DNA of 64,000 nucleotides, from NCBI GenBank assembly GCA_044448685.1, contig JBIOHC010000001.1, positions 29,941 through 93,940 on the forward strand. Direction: 5' to 3'. Both the position numbers and the translations under genes were made by a program. The stretch's first letter is position 1. The number at the start of each line of letters is the position of its first letter. This stretch comes from Bacteroidia bacterium (GTDB lineage: Bacteria > Bacteroidota > Bacteroidia > Palsa-965). Below the pieces are notes generated by a model. That model saw nothing but the letters and a program-made list of their open reading frames with translations. It was not told the origin of the DNA and ran no database searches. Of this stretch, positions 17,008 through 27,400 are shown one piece after another.

Positions 17008-20000
17008 ATGAAAAAATATACCGTTTACTCCCGTCTTGACCTCAGCCAGACAGCCAAGGATATCCTGAAATTCTGGGATGAGGAAAAGATCTTTGAAAAA
17101 AGTATCACCACCCGGGAAGGAAAAACACCTTTTGTTTTTTACGAAGGTCCTCCCAGTGCCAATGGCATGCCAGGCATACACCATGTCATGGCCAGAGCTA
17201 TAAAGGATATCTTTTGCCGCTATCAGACGCTCAAAGGCAAACAGGTAAAACGTAAAGCCGGTTGGGATACACACGGCTTGCCAATAGAGCTGGCTGTGGA
17301 GAAAACACTGGGAATCACCAAAGAGGATATAGGCAAGAAAATCAGCGTTGAAGAATACAACCAGGCCTGCCGCAGGGAGGTGATGAAGTATACCGATAAG
17401 TGGGAAGAAGTTACCCGCATCATGGGGTATTGGGTGGATATGAAGGATCCCTATATCACCTATGAAAACAAGTATATAGAAAGTGTATGGTGGTTGCTGA
17501 ACGACCTTTACAAGAAGAATCTGCTTTACAAAGGGTATTCAATACAGCCCTACTCTCCGGCTGCAGGTACAGGACTTAGTTCACATGAACTCAATCAGCC
17601 GGGTTGCTACCGCAATGTAAAAGACAACACACTCATTGCACAGTTCAGGATAAAGGATGGTAAAGAAGCGCAGCGTGGAGGTCATAACCTGGCAGGATCG
17701 TATTTCCTCGCCTGGACTACCACGCCCTGGACCCTCAGTTCGAATACAGCCCTTGCCGTAGGTAAGAATATTGACTATGTGATGGTAAAAACCATCAATG
17801 CCTATACCCATGCTCCGGTTAGCCTGATCCTTGCAAAAGCCCTTCTCCCGAAATACTTCCCTGAAAAAAACAAGGACCTTGCATTCGATGCATACAAAGC
17901 CGGTGATAAGAATATTCCATTTGCCCTGGTTGCTGAATTCAAAGGAAGCGACCTGGAAGGCATCCGGTATGAACAATTATTGCCCTATGCATTACCGTTT
18001 GAAAATCCGGAACAGGCTTTCCGTGTTATCCTTGGTGATTTTGTGACTACAGAAGATGGTACCGGTATCGTACACATCGCTCCCACTTTTGGTGCGGATG
18101 ACATGCGTGTTGCCAAAGCTGCCGGTGTACCTCCTATGCTGGTAGCCGATGAAAACGGAAAGGGTGTTCCACTCGTTGATCTGCGCGGACGATTCCGGGC
18201 TGAAATGAAAGACGATGTTTTCGGCTTTGCCGGAGAGTTTGTTAAAGAAGCGTATCTGAATGATGCAGAGAAAGCGGCTGAGGTAGTTATTCAGAAAGAA
18301 AAACTAAAAGGTATTATCAAAGATACCAGCAAGCTGGAATACCTGAACGTAGATAAACGCATAGCCCTGAAACTGGAGCGTGAAGGACTGCTGTTTAAAA
18401 AAGAAGTGTACGAACACAACTACCCACATTGCTGGCGTACTGACAAGCCGGTGCTTTATTATCCCCTCGACTCCTGGTTTATCAAAGTGACCGAGAAGAA
18501 GGAGCGAATGGCTGAACTGAATAAGACTATCAACTGGAAACCGGAATCTACCGGCACAGGACGTTTCGGAAACTGGCTGGAAACAGCCAACGACTGGAAC
18601 CTCAGCCGCTCCCGTTTCTGGGGTATCCCATTGCCGATCTGGAGAACAGAAGAAGGAAACGAAGAACGATGTATTGGTTCTGTGGAAGAACTGAAAATGG
18701 AAATAGAGAAATCACAAAAGGCAGGGTTCATGGAATCCTGCCCGTTGGATAAATTCATTCCGAATGATTTTTCTAAAGAAAATTATAACCTGTTTGATCT
18801 GCACAAGCCGAATGTGGACAGTATCGTACTTGTTTCCCCGACAGGAAAAAAGATGTTCAGGGAAAGTGACCTGATCGATGTTTGGTTCGACAGCGGAGCG
18901 ATGCCCTATGCCCAGCTTCACTACCCTTTTGAAAACAAGGCTGAGATTGATCAGAAGAAATACTACCCTGCCGACTTTATTGCCGAAGGCGTAGACCAGA
19001 CCCGGGGTTGGTTTTATACCCTCCATGCCATAGCCACCATGTGTTTCGATTCTGTTGCGTATAAAAACGTTGTGTCGAACGGACTCGTACTCGACAAGAA
19101 CGGAAACAAGATGAGCAAACGTCTTGGTAATGCAGTAAATCCTTTTGAGACGATTGAGAAATACGGGCCCGATGCCACACGTTGGTATATGATCACCAAC
19201 GCAGCTCCCTGGGAAAACCTGAAATTTGACCTGGAAGGTATTGCCGAAGTACAGCGCAAATTTTTCGGAACACTTTACAATACCTATTCCTTCTTCTCCC
19301 TCTACGCCAATATCGATGACTTCCATTGGAAAGAAAAAGAGATTCCGGTAAGTGAAAGACCGGAAATAGACCGTTGGATTTTGTCAGAACTCAATACCCT
19401 TATCAAAACCGTTGATGAAGCGTATGCCGATTATGAACCCACCCGTGCCGGAAGAGCTATTGAATATTTTCTGGATGAACACCTCAGCAACTGGTATGTA
19501 AGATTATGCCGGCGCCGTTTCTGGAAAGGAGATTATTCAGCGGATAAAATAGCGGCCTTCCAGACTTTGTACCGTTGTATGGAAGTGATCGCACAGATTG
19601 CTTCTCCTATTGCACCCTTTTTCATGGACAGGCTGTTCCTCGATCTGAACCGTGTTACCGGACGCCAGAAAGCAGAGTCGGTCCACCTTTCGGATATGCC
19701 GGTATGGGATGAAAAGCAGATAGACAAAGATCTGGAAGAACGTATGGAGCTGGCCCAGAAAATATCGTCTATGGTGCTCAGCATCAGGAAGAAGGAAAAC
19801 ATACGGGTACGCCAGCCCTTACAGAAAATTCAGATACCGGTACTGGATGATAAGTTCAGAAAAAGGGCGGAAGCAGTTAAAGAACTGATCCTTTCGGAAG
19901 TGAATGTAAAGGAGCTTGAATTTGTGGATGAGTCTAATACCCACATAGTTAAAAACCTAAAGCTCAATTTCAAGACCCTGGGTAAGAAATGCGGAAAGGA

Positions 20001-20481
20001 TATGAAAGCCATGCAGGCTTATGCCCTTACAAATGGATCGGGTATCATTACTGCAATAGAAAAAACGGGAGAAGCCCGTGTTATTGTGGAAAACACACCC
20101 TATATCCTTGTTCCTGAAGATGTAGAGATTATCCCGGTTGATATTCCGGGTTGGAAGGTGGCCAATGACGGGCCCCTGACTGTTGCCCTGGATATTATGG
20201 TAAGTCCGGAGCTGAAAGAGGAAGGTCTGGCAAGAGAGATCGTGAACCGGATTCAGAACATCAGAAAAGACAAAGAATTTGAGGTAACGGACCGTATTTC
20301 GGTCAAAATCAAGTCAAATAATGCCCTGGACGCCTCTGTAAACAATAATTTACAGTATATTTGCTCGGAAACTCTCGCATCTTCCTTGGAGGTGGTTAAA
20401 GAGCTCAGTACTGAGCACGCGGTGTTGGTAGAGGTAGATAGCGAGATTCAGACATTAATAAGCATTGCTAAGTTTAATTAA
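17008..20481 (+). CDS. ileS: Isoleucine–tRNA ligase (Bacteroidota-type, ~1155 aa)
   Basis: HIGH motif (PSANGMPGIHHV) and KMSKS motif (KMSKRLGN). The track start at 17002 is an in-frame GTG; an ATG lies at 17008. Confidence 0.97.
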   Translation: MKKYTVYSRLDLSQTAKDILKFWDEEKIFEKSITTREGKTPFVFYEGPPSANGMPGIHHVMARAIKDIFCRYQTLKGKQVKRKAGWDTHGLPIELAVEKTLGITKEDIGKKISVEEYNQACRREVMKYTDKWEEVTRIMGYWVDMKDPYITYENKYIESVWWLLNDLYKKNLLYKGYSIQPYSPAAGTGLSSHELNQPGCYRNVKDNTLIAQFRIKDGKEAQRGGHNLAGSYFLAWTTTPWTLSSNTALAVGKNIDYVMVKTINAYTHAPVSLILAKALLPKYFPEKNKDLAFDAYKAGDKNIPFALVAEFKGSDLEGIRYEQLLPYALPFENPEQAFRVILGDFVTTEDGTGIVHIAPTFGADDMRVAKAAGVPPMLVADENGKGVPLVDLRGRFRAEMKDDVFGFAGEFVKEAYLNDAEKAAEVVIQKEKLKGIIKDTSKLEYLNVDKRIALKLEREGLLFKKEVYEHNYPHCWRTDKPVLYYPLDSWFIKVTEKKERMAELNKTINWKPESTGTGRFGNWLETANDWNLSRSRFWGIPLPIWRTEEGNEERCIGSVEELKMEIEKSQKAGFMESCPLDKFIPNDFSKENYNLFDLHKPNVDSIVLVSPTGKKMFRESDLIDVWFDSGAMPYAQLHYPFENKAEIDQKKYYPADFIAEGVDQTRGWFYTLHAIATMCFDSVAYKNVVSNGLVLDKNGNKMSKRLGNAVNPFETIEKYGPDATRWYMITNAAPWENLKFDLEGIAEVQRKFFGTLYNTYSFFSLYANIDDFHWKEKEIPVSERPEIDRWILSELNTLIKTVDEAYADYEPTRAGRAIEYFLDEHLSNWYVRLCRRRFWKGDYSADKIAAFQTLYRCMEVIAQIASPIAPFFMDRLFLDLNRVTGRQKAESVHLSDMPVWDEKQIDKDLEERMELAQKISSMVLSIRKKENIRVRQPLQKIQIPVLDDKFRKRAEAVKELILSEVNVKELEFVDESNTHIVKNLKLNFKTLGKKCGKDMKAMQAYALTNGSGIITAIEKTGEARVIVENTPYILVPEDVEIIPVDIPGWKVANDGPLTVALDIMVSPELKEEGLAREIVNRIQNIRKDKEFEVTDRISVKIKSNNALDASVNNNLQYICSETLASSLEVVKELSTEHAVLVEVDSEIQTLISIAKFN

Positions 20482-20492
20482 CCCCCTAGATT

Positions 20493-21242
20493 ATGGCTAA
20501 GAAAGTTCAAAAAAAGCCAGCTAAGTCCGTTGCAGGAAAAGCTAAAAAAGTGGCTAAACCAGCATCCAAAGCTGCCAAAAAACCGGTTGCAAGTAAGAAA
20601 GCAACGCCTAAAGCGGCTAAAAAGCCTGCATCCAAGTCAGCACCTGTTGCCAAAAAAGCGGTATCAAAAACACCCGCAAAGGTTGTATCCAAAGTATCAG
20701 CTCCCAAAACAGCTCAAAAGCCTGTTGCAGTCAAAGCCGCTGAAGTGAAAAAACCTGTTGCCGTTGTTAAAGTACCGGTGAAGACAGAGGTAAAAGCCGA
20801 ACGTCCTTTCGATCCAAGAAGAGAAGTGACCATTGCCAAGCCTTTGATGAAACTGGATAAAGGAGATCCCCGTTCCAGATATTCCGATAAGGAACTGATG
20901 GAATTCAAGGATCTTATCAATAAGAAACTGGAAGAAGCCACCCGCGATTATGAATTGCTGAAAAATACCCTGTCGCATAAAGACGATCATGGTACTGATG
21001 ATACCTCCCCTACATTCAAATTGCTGGAAGACGGATCCGATGTGCTTTCCAAAGAAGAGACTGCTCATCTTGCTTCCCGTCAGGAAAAATATATTCAGAA
21101 CCTGAAGAATGCCTTGATCCGTATCGAGAACAAAACCTACGGTATTTGCCGTGTTACCGGACGCCTGATTCCTAAAGAGCGTCTGCGCAGCGTTCCGCAT
21201 GCTACCCTTAGCATTGACGCGAAGCTGGAGCAGAACCGTTAA
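20493..21242 (+). CDS. DksA/TraR-family regulator with ~110-aa Lys/Ala/Pro-rich histone-H1-like N-terminal extension
   Basis: N-terminal AKKPAxK repeats. C-terminal DksA/TraR-like helix plus zinc-finger-like region (…NKTYGICRVTGRLIPKERL…). Conserved position between ileS and lspA. Confidence 0.8.
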   Translation: MAKKVQKKPAKSVAGKAKKVAKPASKAAKKPVASKKATPKAAKKPASKSAPVAKKAVSKTPAKVVSKVSAPKTAQKPVAVKAAEVKKPVAVVKVPVKTEVKAERPFDPRREVTIAKPLMKLDKGDPRSRYSDKELMEFKDLINKKLEEATRDYELLKNTLSHKDDHGTDDTSPTFKLLEDGSDVLSKEETAHLASRQEKYIQNLKNALIRIENKTYGICRVTGRLIPKERLRSVPHATLSIDAKLEQNR

Positions 21243-21267
21243 CATAGACATAAGACACAAGACATAA

Positions 21268-21305
21268 GAATCAAGACGACATACAAGGTCTTGATTCTTT
21301 TTTTT
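21268..21305 (+). terminator. Rho-independent terminator after dksA, inside a ~95-bp imperfect palindrome (21243–21340)
   Basis: Stem gaatcaagac/gtcttgattc with a 10-nt loop, followed by 8 T residues. Outer arms catagacataagacacaagacataag and cttgtgtctaatgtcttgtgtctaatgtc are near-complementary. Confidence 0.7.
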
Positions 21306-21366
21306 GTCTTGTGTCTAATGTCTTGTGTCTAATGTCTCAGTAGTAGAATTCGTTATCTTTGCCTCC

Positions 21367-22038
21367 GTGAAAAAAGCCGGGATCATCATTTTTATTGTAT
21401 TGCTCCTCGACCAGTGTATCAAGATCTGGATCAAGACGCATATGTATATAGGGCAGGAGTATCACCTGGCCGGCAAATGGGCAATCATTCATTTTGTTGA
21501 AAATGAGGGTATGGCTTTCGGTATGTCCTTGCCCGGCGGGTATGGTAAGCTGGCCTTAAGCCTGTTCCGTATCCTGGCAGTGGGAGGCCTGTGTTATATT
21601 CTCTTCAATGTTATAAAGAAAAAACAGGAAAACATCGTCATCATTGCAATCTCCCTCATCATTGCCGGAGCCGTAGGTAATATTATTGATAGCGCATTTT
21701 ACGGACGTTTGTTCAGCGACAGCGACGGAACCATTGCCCAGTTTATGCCTGCAGAAGGAGGCTATGCCGGTTTTCTCCATGGTAAAGTGGTCGACATGTT
21801 CTACTTCCCTATGCTGGAAGGACATTTTCCCCATTGGTTTCCATTCTGGGGAGGAGAGGAATTCATCTTTTTCCGCCCTGTATTCAACCTGGCTGATTCT
21901 TCCATCACCGTCGGGGTGATTATTGTCATCCTCTTCCAGAAAAAGTTCTTTGGGGCTGAAAAGAAACCCAATGAAGAGCCGACTGCTGAGAACCAGCATA
22001 CTAATCCTCCGGCTGCGGAAGAAGCCCAAATTCCGTAA
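21367..22038 (+). CDS. lspA: Lipoprotein signal peptidase (signal peptidase II)
   Basis: N-terminus VKKAGIIIFIVLLLDQCIKIWIKTH… matches the LspA pattern. 4 TM. The track ORF starts at 21325, but that start lies inside the terminator hairpin; a GTG at 21367 is preferred. Confidence 0.85.
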   Translation: MKKAGIIIFIVLLLDQCIKIWIKTHMYIGQEYHLAGKWAIIHFVENEGMAFGMSLPGGYGKLALSLFRILAVGGLCYILFNVIKKKQENIVIIAISLIIAGAVGNIIDSAFYGRLFSDSDGTIAQFMPAEGGYAGFLHGKVVDMFYFPMLEGHFPHWFPFWGGEEFIFFRPVFNLADSSITVGVIIVILFQKKFFGAEKKPNEEPTAENQHTNPPAAEEAQIP

Positions 22039-22163
22039 TACACGCTGCTACGGACGTAATACACGCTGCTACGAACGAAACAGGTGCTATTCTATATAAT
22101 TAACATGAAACGTATTGCCGGGCCGGAGTTTTCTTCATCTGAATCAATATGTAATATTCCCTA
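22036..22163. repeat. Tandem 21-bp direct repeat (22036–22077) plus a ~47-bp intergenic near-copy (22113–22163) of the 3′ coding end of the downstream TPR-membrane gene (22264–22310)
   Basis: taatacacgctgctacggacg / taatacacgctgctacgaacg. attgccgggccggagttttcttcatctgaatcaatat… versus attgccgggccggcgctttcttcatctgaatcaacat…. Confidence 0.7.
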
Positions 22164-22261
22164 CATGATTTTCTCAGATCATTGCAGATCATTGTTACAT
22201 CAAAAATCATAATTAATCATGATCATCATGTAGATCAGCGGTCTATCACGTTAGGGTTTTA

Positions 22262-24319
22262 TTATTGCCGGGCCGGCGCTTTCTTCATCTGAATCAACAT
22301 ATTATATCCTCTGGCGGCTTCCTGGTGATTGGGATCAAGTTTCAATGCATTGTCCCAGGATATACGGGCATTATTGAAATCCTGTACCGTGAAAAAAGCT
22401 CCTCCCAGGTTGGCCCACATTTCGGCGCTGTTAGGCTCCAGATCAACAGCCTTTTTAAACTGTTCTATCGCTTTCGGAATATCTTTGGCACGGGCAGCAT
22501 CCAGCCCTTTCTGGAAGAACAGCCCTGCATATTGCTTGATCAATGAATTATTGGGTGCAATCTGTTTTCCTTTCATCAGATTGGCATAGGTACTGTCAAA
22601 CATCCCGAGTTTGAAATAGGCATACGCCAGGTTTGTAAAACCGGTCACATATTTAGGATGGAGACGAATGGCATTGCGGAGCGGAGGTATTGCTTTATAA
22701 ATAAGCACTTTCTCCGAATCTTTATTCTCGAACAACCCGCTCATATCCAGATAGCCCTTGGCTGCATTACCGCAAACAAGGACACTGTTGGGAGATATAG
22801 CCAGGTCATGTGTAAACAAAGTGGCATCGTTTTTCCAGTCTGCATTCCGGCTCATGACCCGCCCTCCGCAAACAACAAGTAACACCGCTGACAACCCAAG
22901 CGCAGCAGCTTTCTGTTTTGAGAAATCAGGGAGTTTCTGCAGGAGATAGTATAACCCATAACCCGCCAGGATGCAAAACGCAAAAGAAGGGGAATAAATA
23001 AGACGTTCGCTGAGTGTAGTGCCGATTTCTGTAAGCAGGTTGGAAATGATGAACAGATGAGCCAGGTAAAACCATAGGAAGAAAGAAAGGATATGGCGGC
23101 GCATCGTCAGCATGATCGTAATGGCAACGATACCGATATGCAGGAAGAGAGAGATCCAGAAGTGCCAGTCGCTAAATGTGATGAACGGAATCTGCTTGAA
23201 GGAGTAATCCACACAAAGCGAGTTGGGATAAACCTGCATCCAGAGATAACGTGCAAGCATGTACACCTTGGTACAGAATTTTTCAGCAAACCCGGATGCG
23301 GCTATATATTGGTTGTTGAGCACTTCCGTGGCATGGAAATGAGATGCCTGACCGGGAGGGATGATGATGACACGAATAATATAAAAGACAGCCATGATGC
23401 CGAAATAAGGCAAAGAAGCCCGGATACTCTCTCCAGGCTTTTTTTGCAGAACCAGGTAAAAGAACAGTGGAAGTATCACAAACATGACAATGCCGTATTC
23501 TTTCGACAGCAGGGCGCAGAAAAGGGATAATAAACCGGCCAGTAATGCACTTGTTTTTTTTGTTTCGGAGTATTTGAAAACAAATACAAAGGTCATCACA
23601 GCGAACAGCAGAGCCATCAGCTCATCCCGGCTTTTAATATTATCGACTACTTCGGTATGAATGGGATGGATGGCAAAAACGAGGGCACACAAAAAACCCA
23701 GGTCGGGGTTGTTACGAAAAATCTGTTCCCGCATGAGGTACAGCACAAAGCCTATCGTAAGCAGATAGATAAGCACATTATCGAGGTGGCGGGGAAATGT
23801 TTCATTGTGAAAGGTGCTGATCTGTGCTCCGAAAACCTTGTCTTTGACAGGATTTCCATCTTTACCGGGGTATTCTACATCCACATAGAATGCATCAAAG
23901 CCGGTAATCCTGCTTTTTTGATGGTATTGGCCGGCATGATCCTCGACCTCTACTTCATCCCCAACCTTCATCCCGAAGAATTGTTGCTCCACCGCAAAAG
24001 TGGCAATTGAGAGCGGACGGTAACGTCCTCCCTGAAACTCATCTACAGCATTGTATTTTTTGTAAAAAGCATACATGGAATGCTTTGTGAAGATCTCTTT
24101 TAGTCCCTTGGTGCCTGCCAGTACGGAATTGTTCTCCTTAATCATAGGCCCGTCGTCGAGGGCATATTCATTCATCAGGGAGTTGGCATAAAAAACAAAT
24201 CCAATAATCAGCAACAGATAAAGCTGCTTACGAAAGCCATTCACAGGAAAATAGGAAGGCTTTGCCAGTTCCGGGACCGGGGCTGAGGAAGTTTTTGTTT
24301 TTTTTGATGTTTTAGCCAT
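22262..24319 (-). CDS. Multi-TM membrane protein with C-terminal TPR repeats (PMT/ArnT-like glycosyltransferase-39/DUF1736-type architecture)
   Basis: 685 aa. ~11 predicted TM helices. C-terminal TPR repeats (…AYAYFKLGMFDSTYANL…AEMWANLGGAFF…). Confidence 0.6.
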   Translation of the reverse strand: MAKTSKKTKTSSAPVPELAKPSYFPVNGFRKQLYLLLIIGFVFYANSLMNEYALDDGPMIKENNSVLAGTKGLKEIFTKHSMYAFYKKYNAVDEFQGGRYRPLSIATFAVEQQFFGMKVGDEVEVEDHAGQYHQKSRITGFDAFYVDVEYPGKDGNPVKDKVFGAQISTFHNETFPRHLDNVLIYLLTIGFVLYLMREQIFRNNPDLGFLCALVFAIHPIHTEVVDNIKSRDELMALLFAVMTFVFVFKYSETKKTSALLAGLLSLFCALLSKEYGIVMFVILPLFFYLVLQKKPGESIRASLPYFGIMAVFYIIRVIIIPPGQASHFHATEVLNNQYIAASGFAEKFCTKVYMLARYLWMQVYPNSLCVDYSFKQIPFITFSDWHFWISLFLHIGIVAITIMLTMRRHILSFFLWFYLAHLFIISNLLTEIGTTLSERLIYSPSFAFCILAGYGLYYLLQKLPDFSKQKAAALGLSAVLLVVCGGRVMSRNADWKNDATLFTHDLAISPNSVLVCGNAAKGYLDMSGLFENKDSEKVLIYKAIPPLRNAIRLHPKYVTGFTNLAYAYFKLGMFDSTYANLMKGKQIAPNNSLIKQYAGLFFQKGLDAARAKDIPKAIEQFKKAVDLEPNSAEMWANLGGAFFTVQDFNNARISWDNALKLDPNHQEAARGYNMLIQMKKAPARQ

Positions 24320-24400
24320 GGTATGCTTTGAGGCAAAAATAGGATATTAATCCTTTTCCTGAAGCCTGAAACAGGAAGCAGGAATGATTTATTACTAAAT

Positions 24401-27400
24401 TTGTTTGAAGCCCGGAAAATTAGGATTCAAAATGCCGGCTTCCTGCATGTGAGGAAATTATTCCACAACCGGCTCTTCCTGTGTTCCCTGTCCATCCTGT
24501 TCCTGGTATCGGGTCAGCTCTTGCATACTATGCACCGGGAAAACCCACAGACTGATGCAAGGAAACTTGAATCGGTGCTACACAGCAAAGAGAAGAGAAT
24601 TAATGAAGAACTGGATCTGCTCCGCTCCAAGGCTGGCAAGCTGAATTATAACCAGCTTTTTACCCAACGCCCCGACTACTATAATTCTTTTTTCAAAAAA
24701 GACGGCCTGGTACTGCTCATTTATGAGAATGACACACTGAAGTTCTGGTCCGACAACTCCGTAGCGGTCGAGAACTACATGAAGGAAGTTTGTCTCGATG
24801 ATCATATGGCCAAACTGAAAAACGGTTGGTTCGAAGTGGTAAAAAAGCCGCTCTCCTCTTCCCGTACTGCCGTAGGCCTGATTCATATCAAAAATGAATA
24901 TCCCTACCAGAATCATTATCTGAATAATGATTTCCAGCACGATTTCAAAGTATCCTCCCATGTCAAACTCCAGATCAACGAAAATGCAGCCCTTCCCTCT
25001 GTAAGGAATACGAAAGGAGAATACCTTTTCTCTATGCATCCCCTTACATCCCCGTTGCAGGATGATTTTCCTATTCCCTGGTTTCAGGTCGTTCTGAACG
25101 GGCTGGGTATTGTCCTCCTGATACTATTTATCAGGGAGCTGATGCGTGGCTTCAGGGATAAAATCGGAGAGGGGGGGGGAGCTGTACTGTTCGTCACCGT
25201 ACTCATCCTTCTGCGTTTGCTTTCCATCGTGTTGCATCTTCCGGATGCATTTTATCAAAGCACCCTGTTCGGACCGAAATATTACGGTGATGCAGGCTCT
25301 TTCTGGCTGAGTTCTCTGGGCGATTTATTGCTGAATACCCTTCTCCTTTTTTACATCACATTCTACATTTCCAGGCATTGGAAAGTGACGCTTAACAAAC
25401 TATCGGGAAAGAAAGCGGTATTGATTGTCTGTTCATTTTTGCTTTTTTTCTCTGTATTCTGGCTATCCTGGTTTACTGACAATCTTTTCAAGGGCCTCAT
25501 TCATAATTCGGAAATCAATTTCAGTGTCAACGAGCTTTTCAGCCTGAATTTTTATTCCCTCCTGGGGGTGCTCATTGTTGGGTTGCTGCTCTTTTCCTTT
25601 TTTCTGCTTACAGACCTTGTATTGAGTTTTGTCAATTCGGCGGGGTTGCCTGTTCCTGCGCGCCTGATACTGTTTATCGGTTCGGCCCTTTTCTTCGCAT
25701 TGCTATGCCACCTGACAGGGGTACTTGATCCCGTAGCATTCTGCTGGTCCTTTGCGGTTATTGTCATTGTTGCGGCTGTCAAAAGACAATCAGCCGGATC
25801 CTATTCTTTTTCCGGATCCATCCTGCTTGTCATGATCCTGAGTATGTATTCGGTTCATACTTTTCTGAAATATACGGGTATCAAGGAAAAAGACAACCGG
25901 AAAGTATATGCCGAAAAACTGTCTGCGGAGCAGGATCCTATAGCCGAACACCTGTATCCGGAAGTGGAGCCCCAGCTGCTCACAGACTCTGTACTTCTTC
26001 ACGATCTCCTTTCTCCCCGGACCTATGAAGCCTTCCAGAAAAGACTCACTCAGCGCTATTTCGGGGGTTATTGGGAAAAGTATGATATACGCATTACCTA
26101 TTTTGACAGTGCCTGCAATGCACTTATCAAACCGAATCGTCAAAGCCCGGATAATATTACGTATTTCGACGAGCTGATTACCAAATCGGGACAGGAAACA
26201 TATACTCCCAATCTATATTACCTGCAGAATCTTTCAGGTAAGATAAGCTACCTGGCACGGATTCCGATATACCTCAATTCAAGAGATGCAATCCCTTCTC
26301 ATCTCATCCTGGTTTTTGAATCCAAATTTATTTCGGAAGAAGTCGGATTTCCGGAATTGCTTCTCGACAGAGACCTGGGTATAACCCAGCAAATAGCTAA
26401 TTATTCCTATGCCAAATACAGGAATGGAAAACTCGTCAATCAATATGGAAAATATCACTATCCTATCATTTCAGCAGCCTATGATGGGTATAGGGAACCC
26501 TTTTCATTTCTTGTCGCCGACGGCTATAATCACCTTATTCACCGACCGGACGCCTCAACACTTATTCTGATTAGCAAACCGGATAGCGGTCTGGTGGGTG
26601 ATGTAACCACGTTCTCCTATCTGTTTGCTTTTTACAGCCTGCAGCTCCTCCTGCTTTTATTTCTGAAGCAGCTTGTCTTCAGCGGACTAAGTATCTCGGC
26701 CCTAACTTTTAAGGCAAGAATACAGGCCATCCTGGTTTTTATTGTCTTAATTAGTCTGGCTCTTTTCGGTTTCGGGACCGTGTTTTATATACGGGCCCAG
26801 TATGAAGCAAAGAACACGGAGAACATTACCGAGAAGCTTCAGTCCGTGCTGGCTGAAGTAGACACACGTTTTGAAGTTGAGGAGCTTGACCGGAATTACC
26901 GGGAGTATTCATCTTTTATCCTGAAAAAACTTTCCAATATCTTTTTCACCGATATAAACCTGTACGATGCAAACGGAAATCTGTATGTATCCTCCCGTCC
27001 GGAAGTTTTTGACGAAGGGCTCGTTTCAAAAAAAATGAATCCGGAAGCCTATTATCAGATGGGTTTAAGGAAGAAATCGGAATTTGTGCATGATGAAAAC
27101 ATTGGCAATCTGAACTATCTATCGGCCTATGTTCCATTCAAAAACCGGAACGGTAAGGAAATCGCCTTCCTGAACCTGCCTTATTTTGCCAAACAAAGCG
27201 AACTGGAAAAAGAGATCTCCACCTTCCTGGTGGCGCTGATCAATATTTATGTCCTGCTTTTTGCTATGTCAATTATCGTAGCGGTGATTATTTCCAACTA
27301 CCTGACACGGCCACTTAAACTCATCCAGGATAAGATGAGTAAGGTAAAGCTGGGCGAAGCCAACGAACTTATTGAATGGAACCAGCTCGATGAAATCGGC

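Noticed and set aside
20507-20941. ORFs overlapping the dksA low-complexity region
   Set aside because: They come from the repetitive GCn/AAR composition of the Lys/Ala-rich tail coding region. They are not genes.
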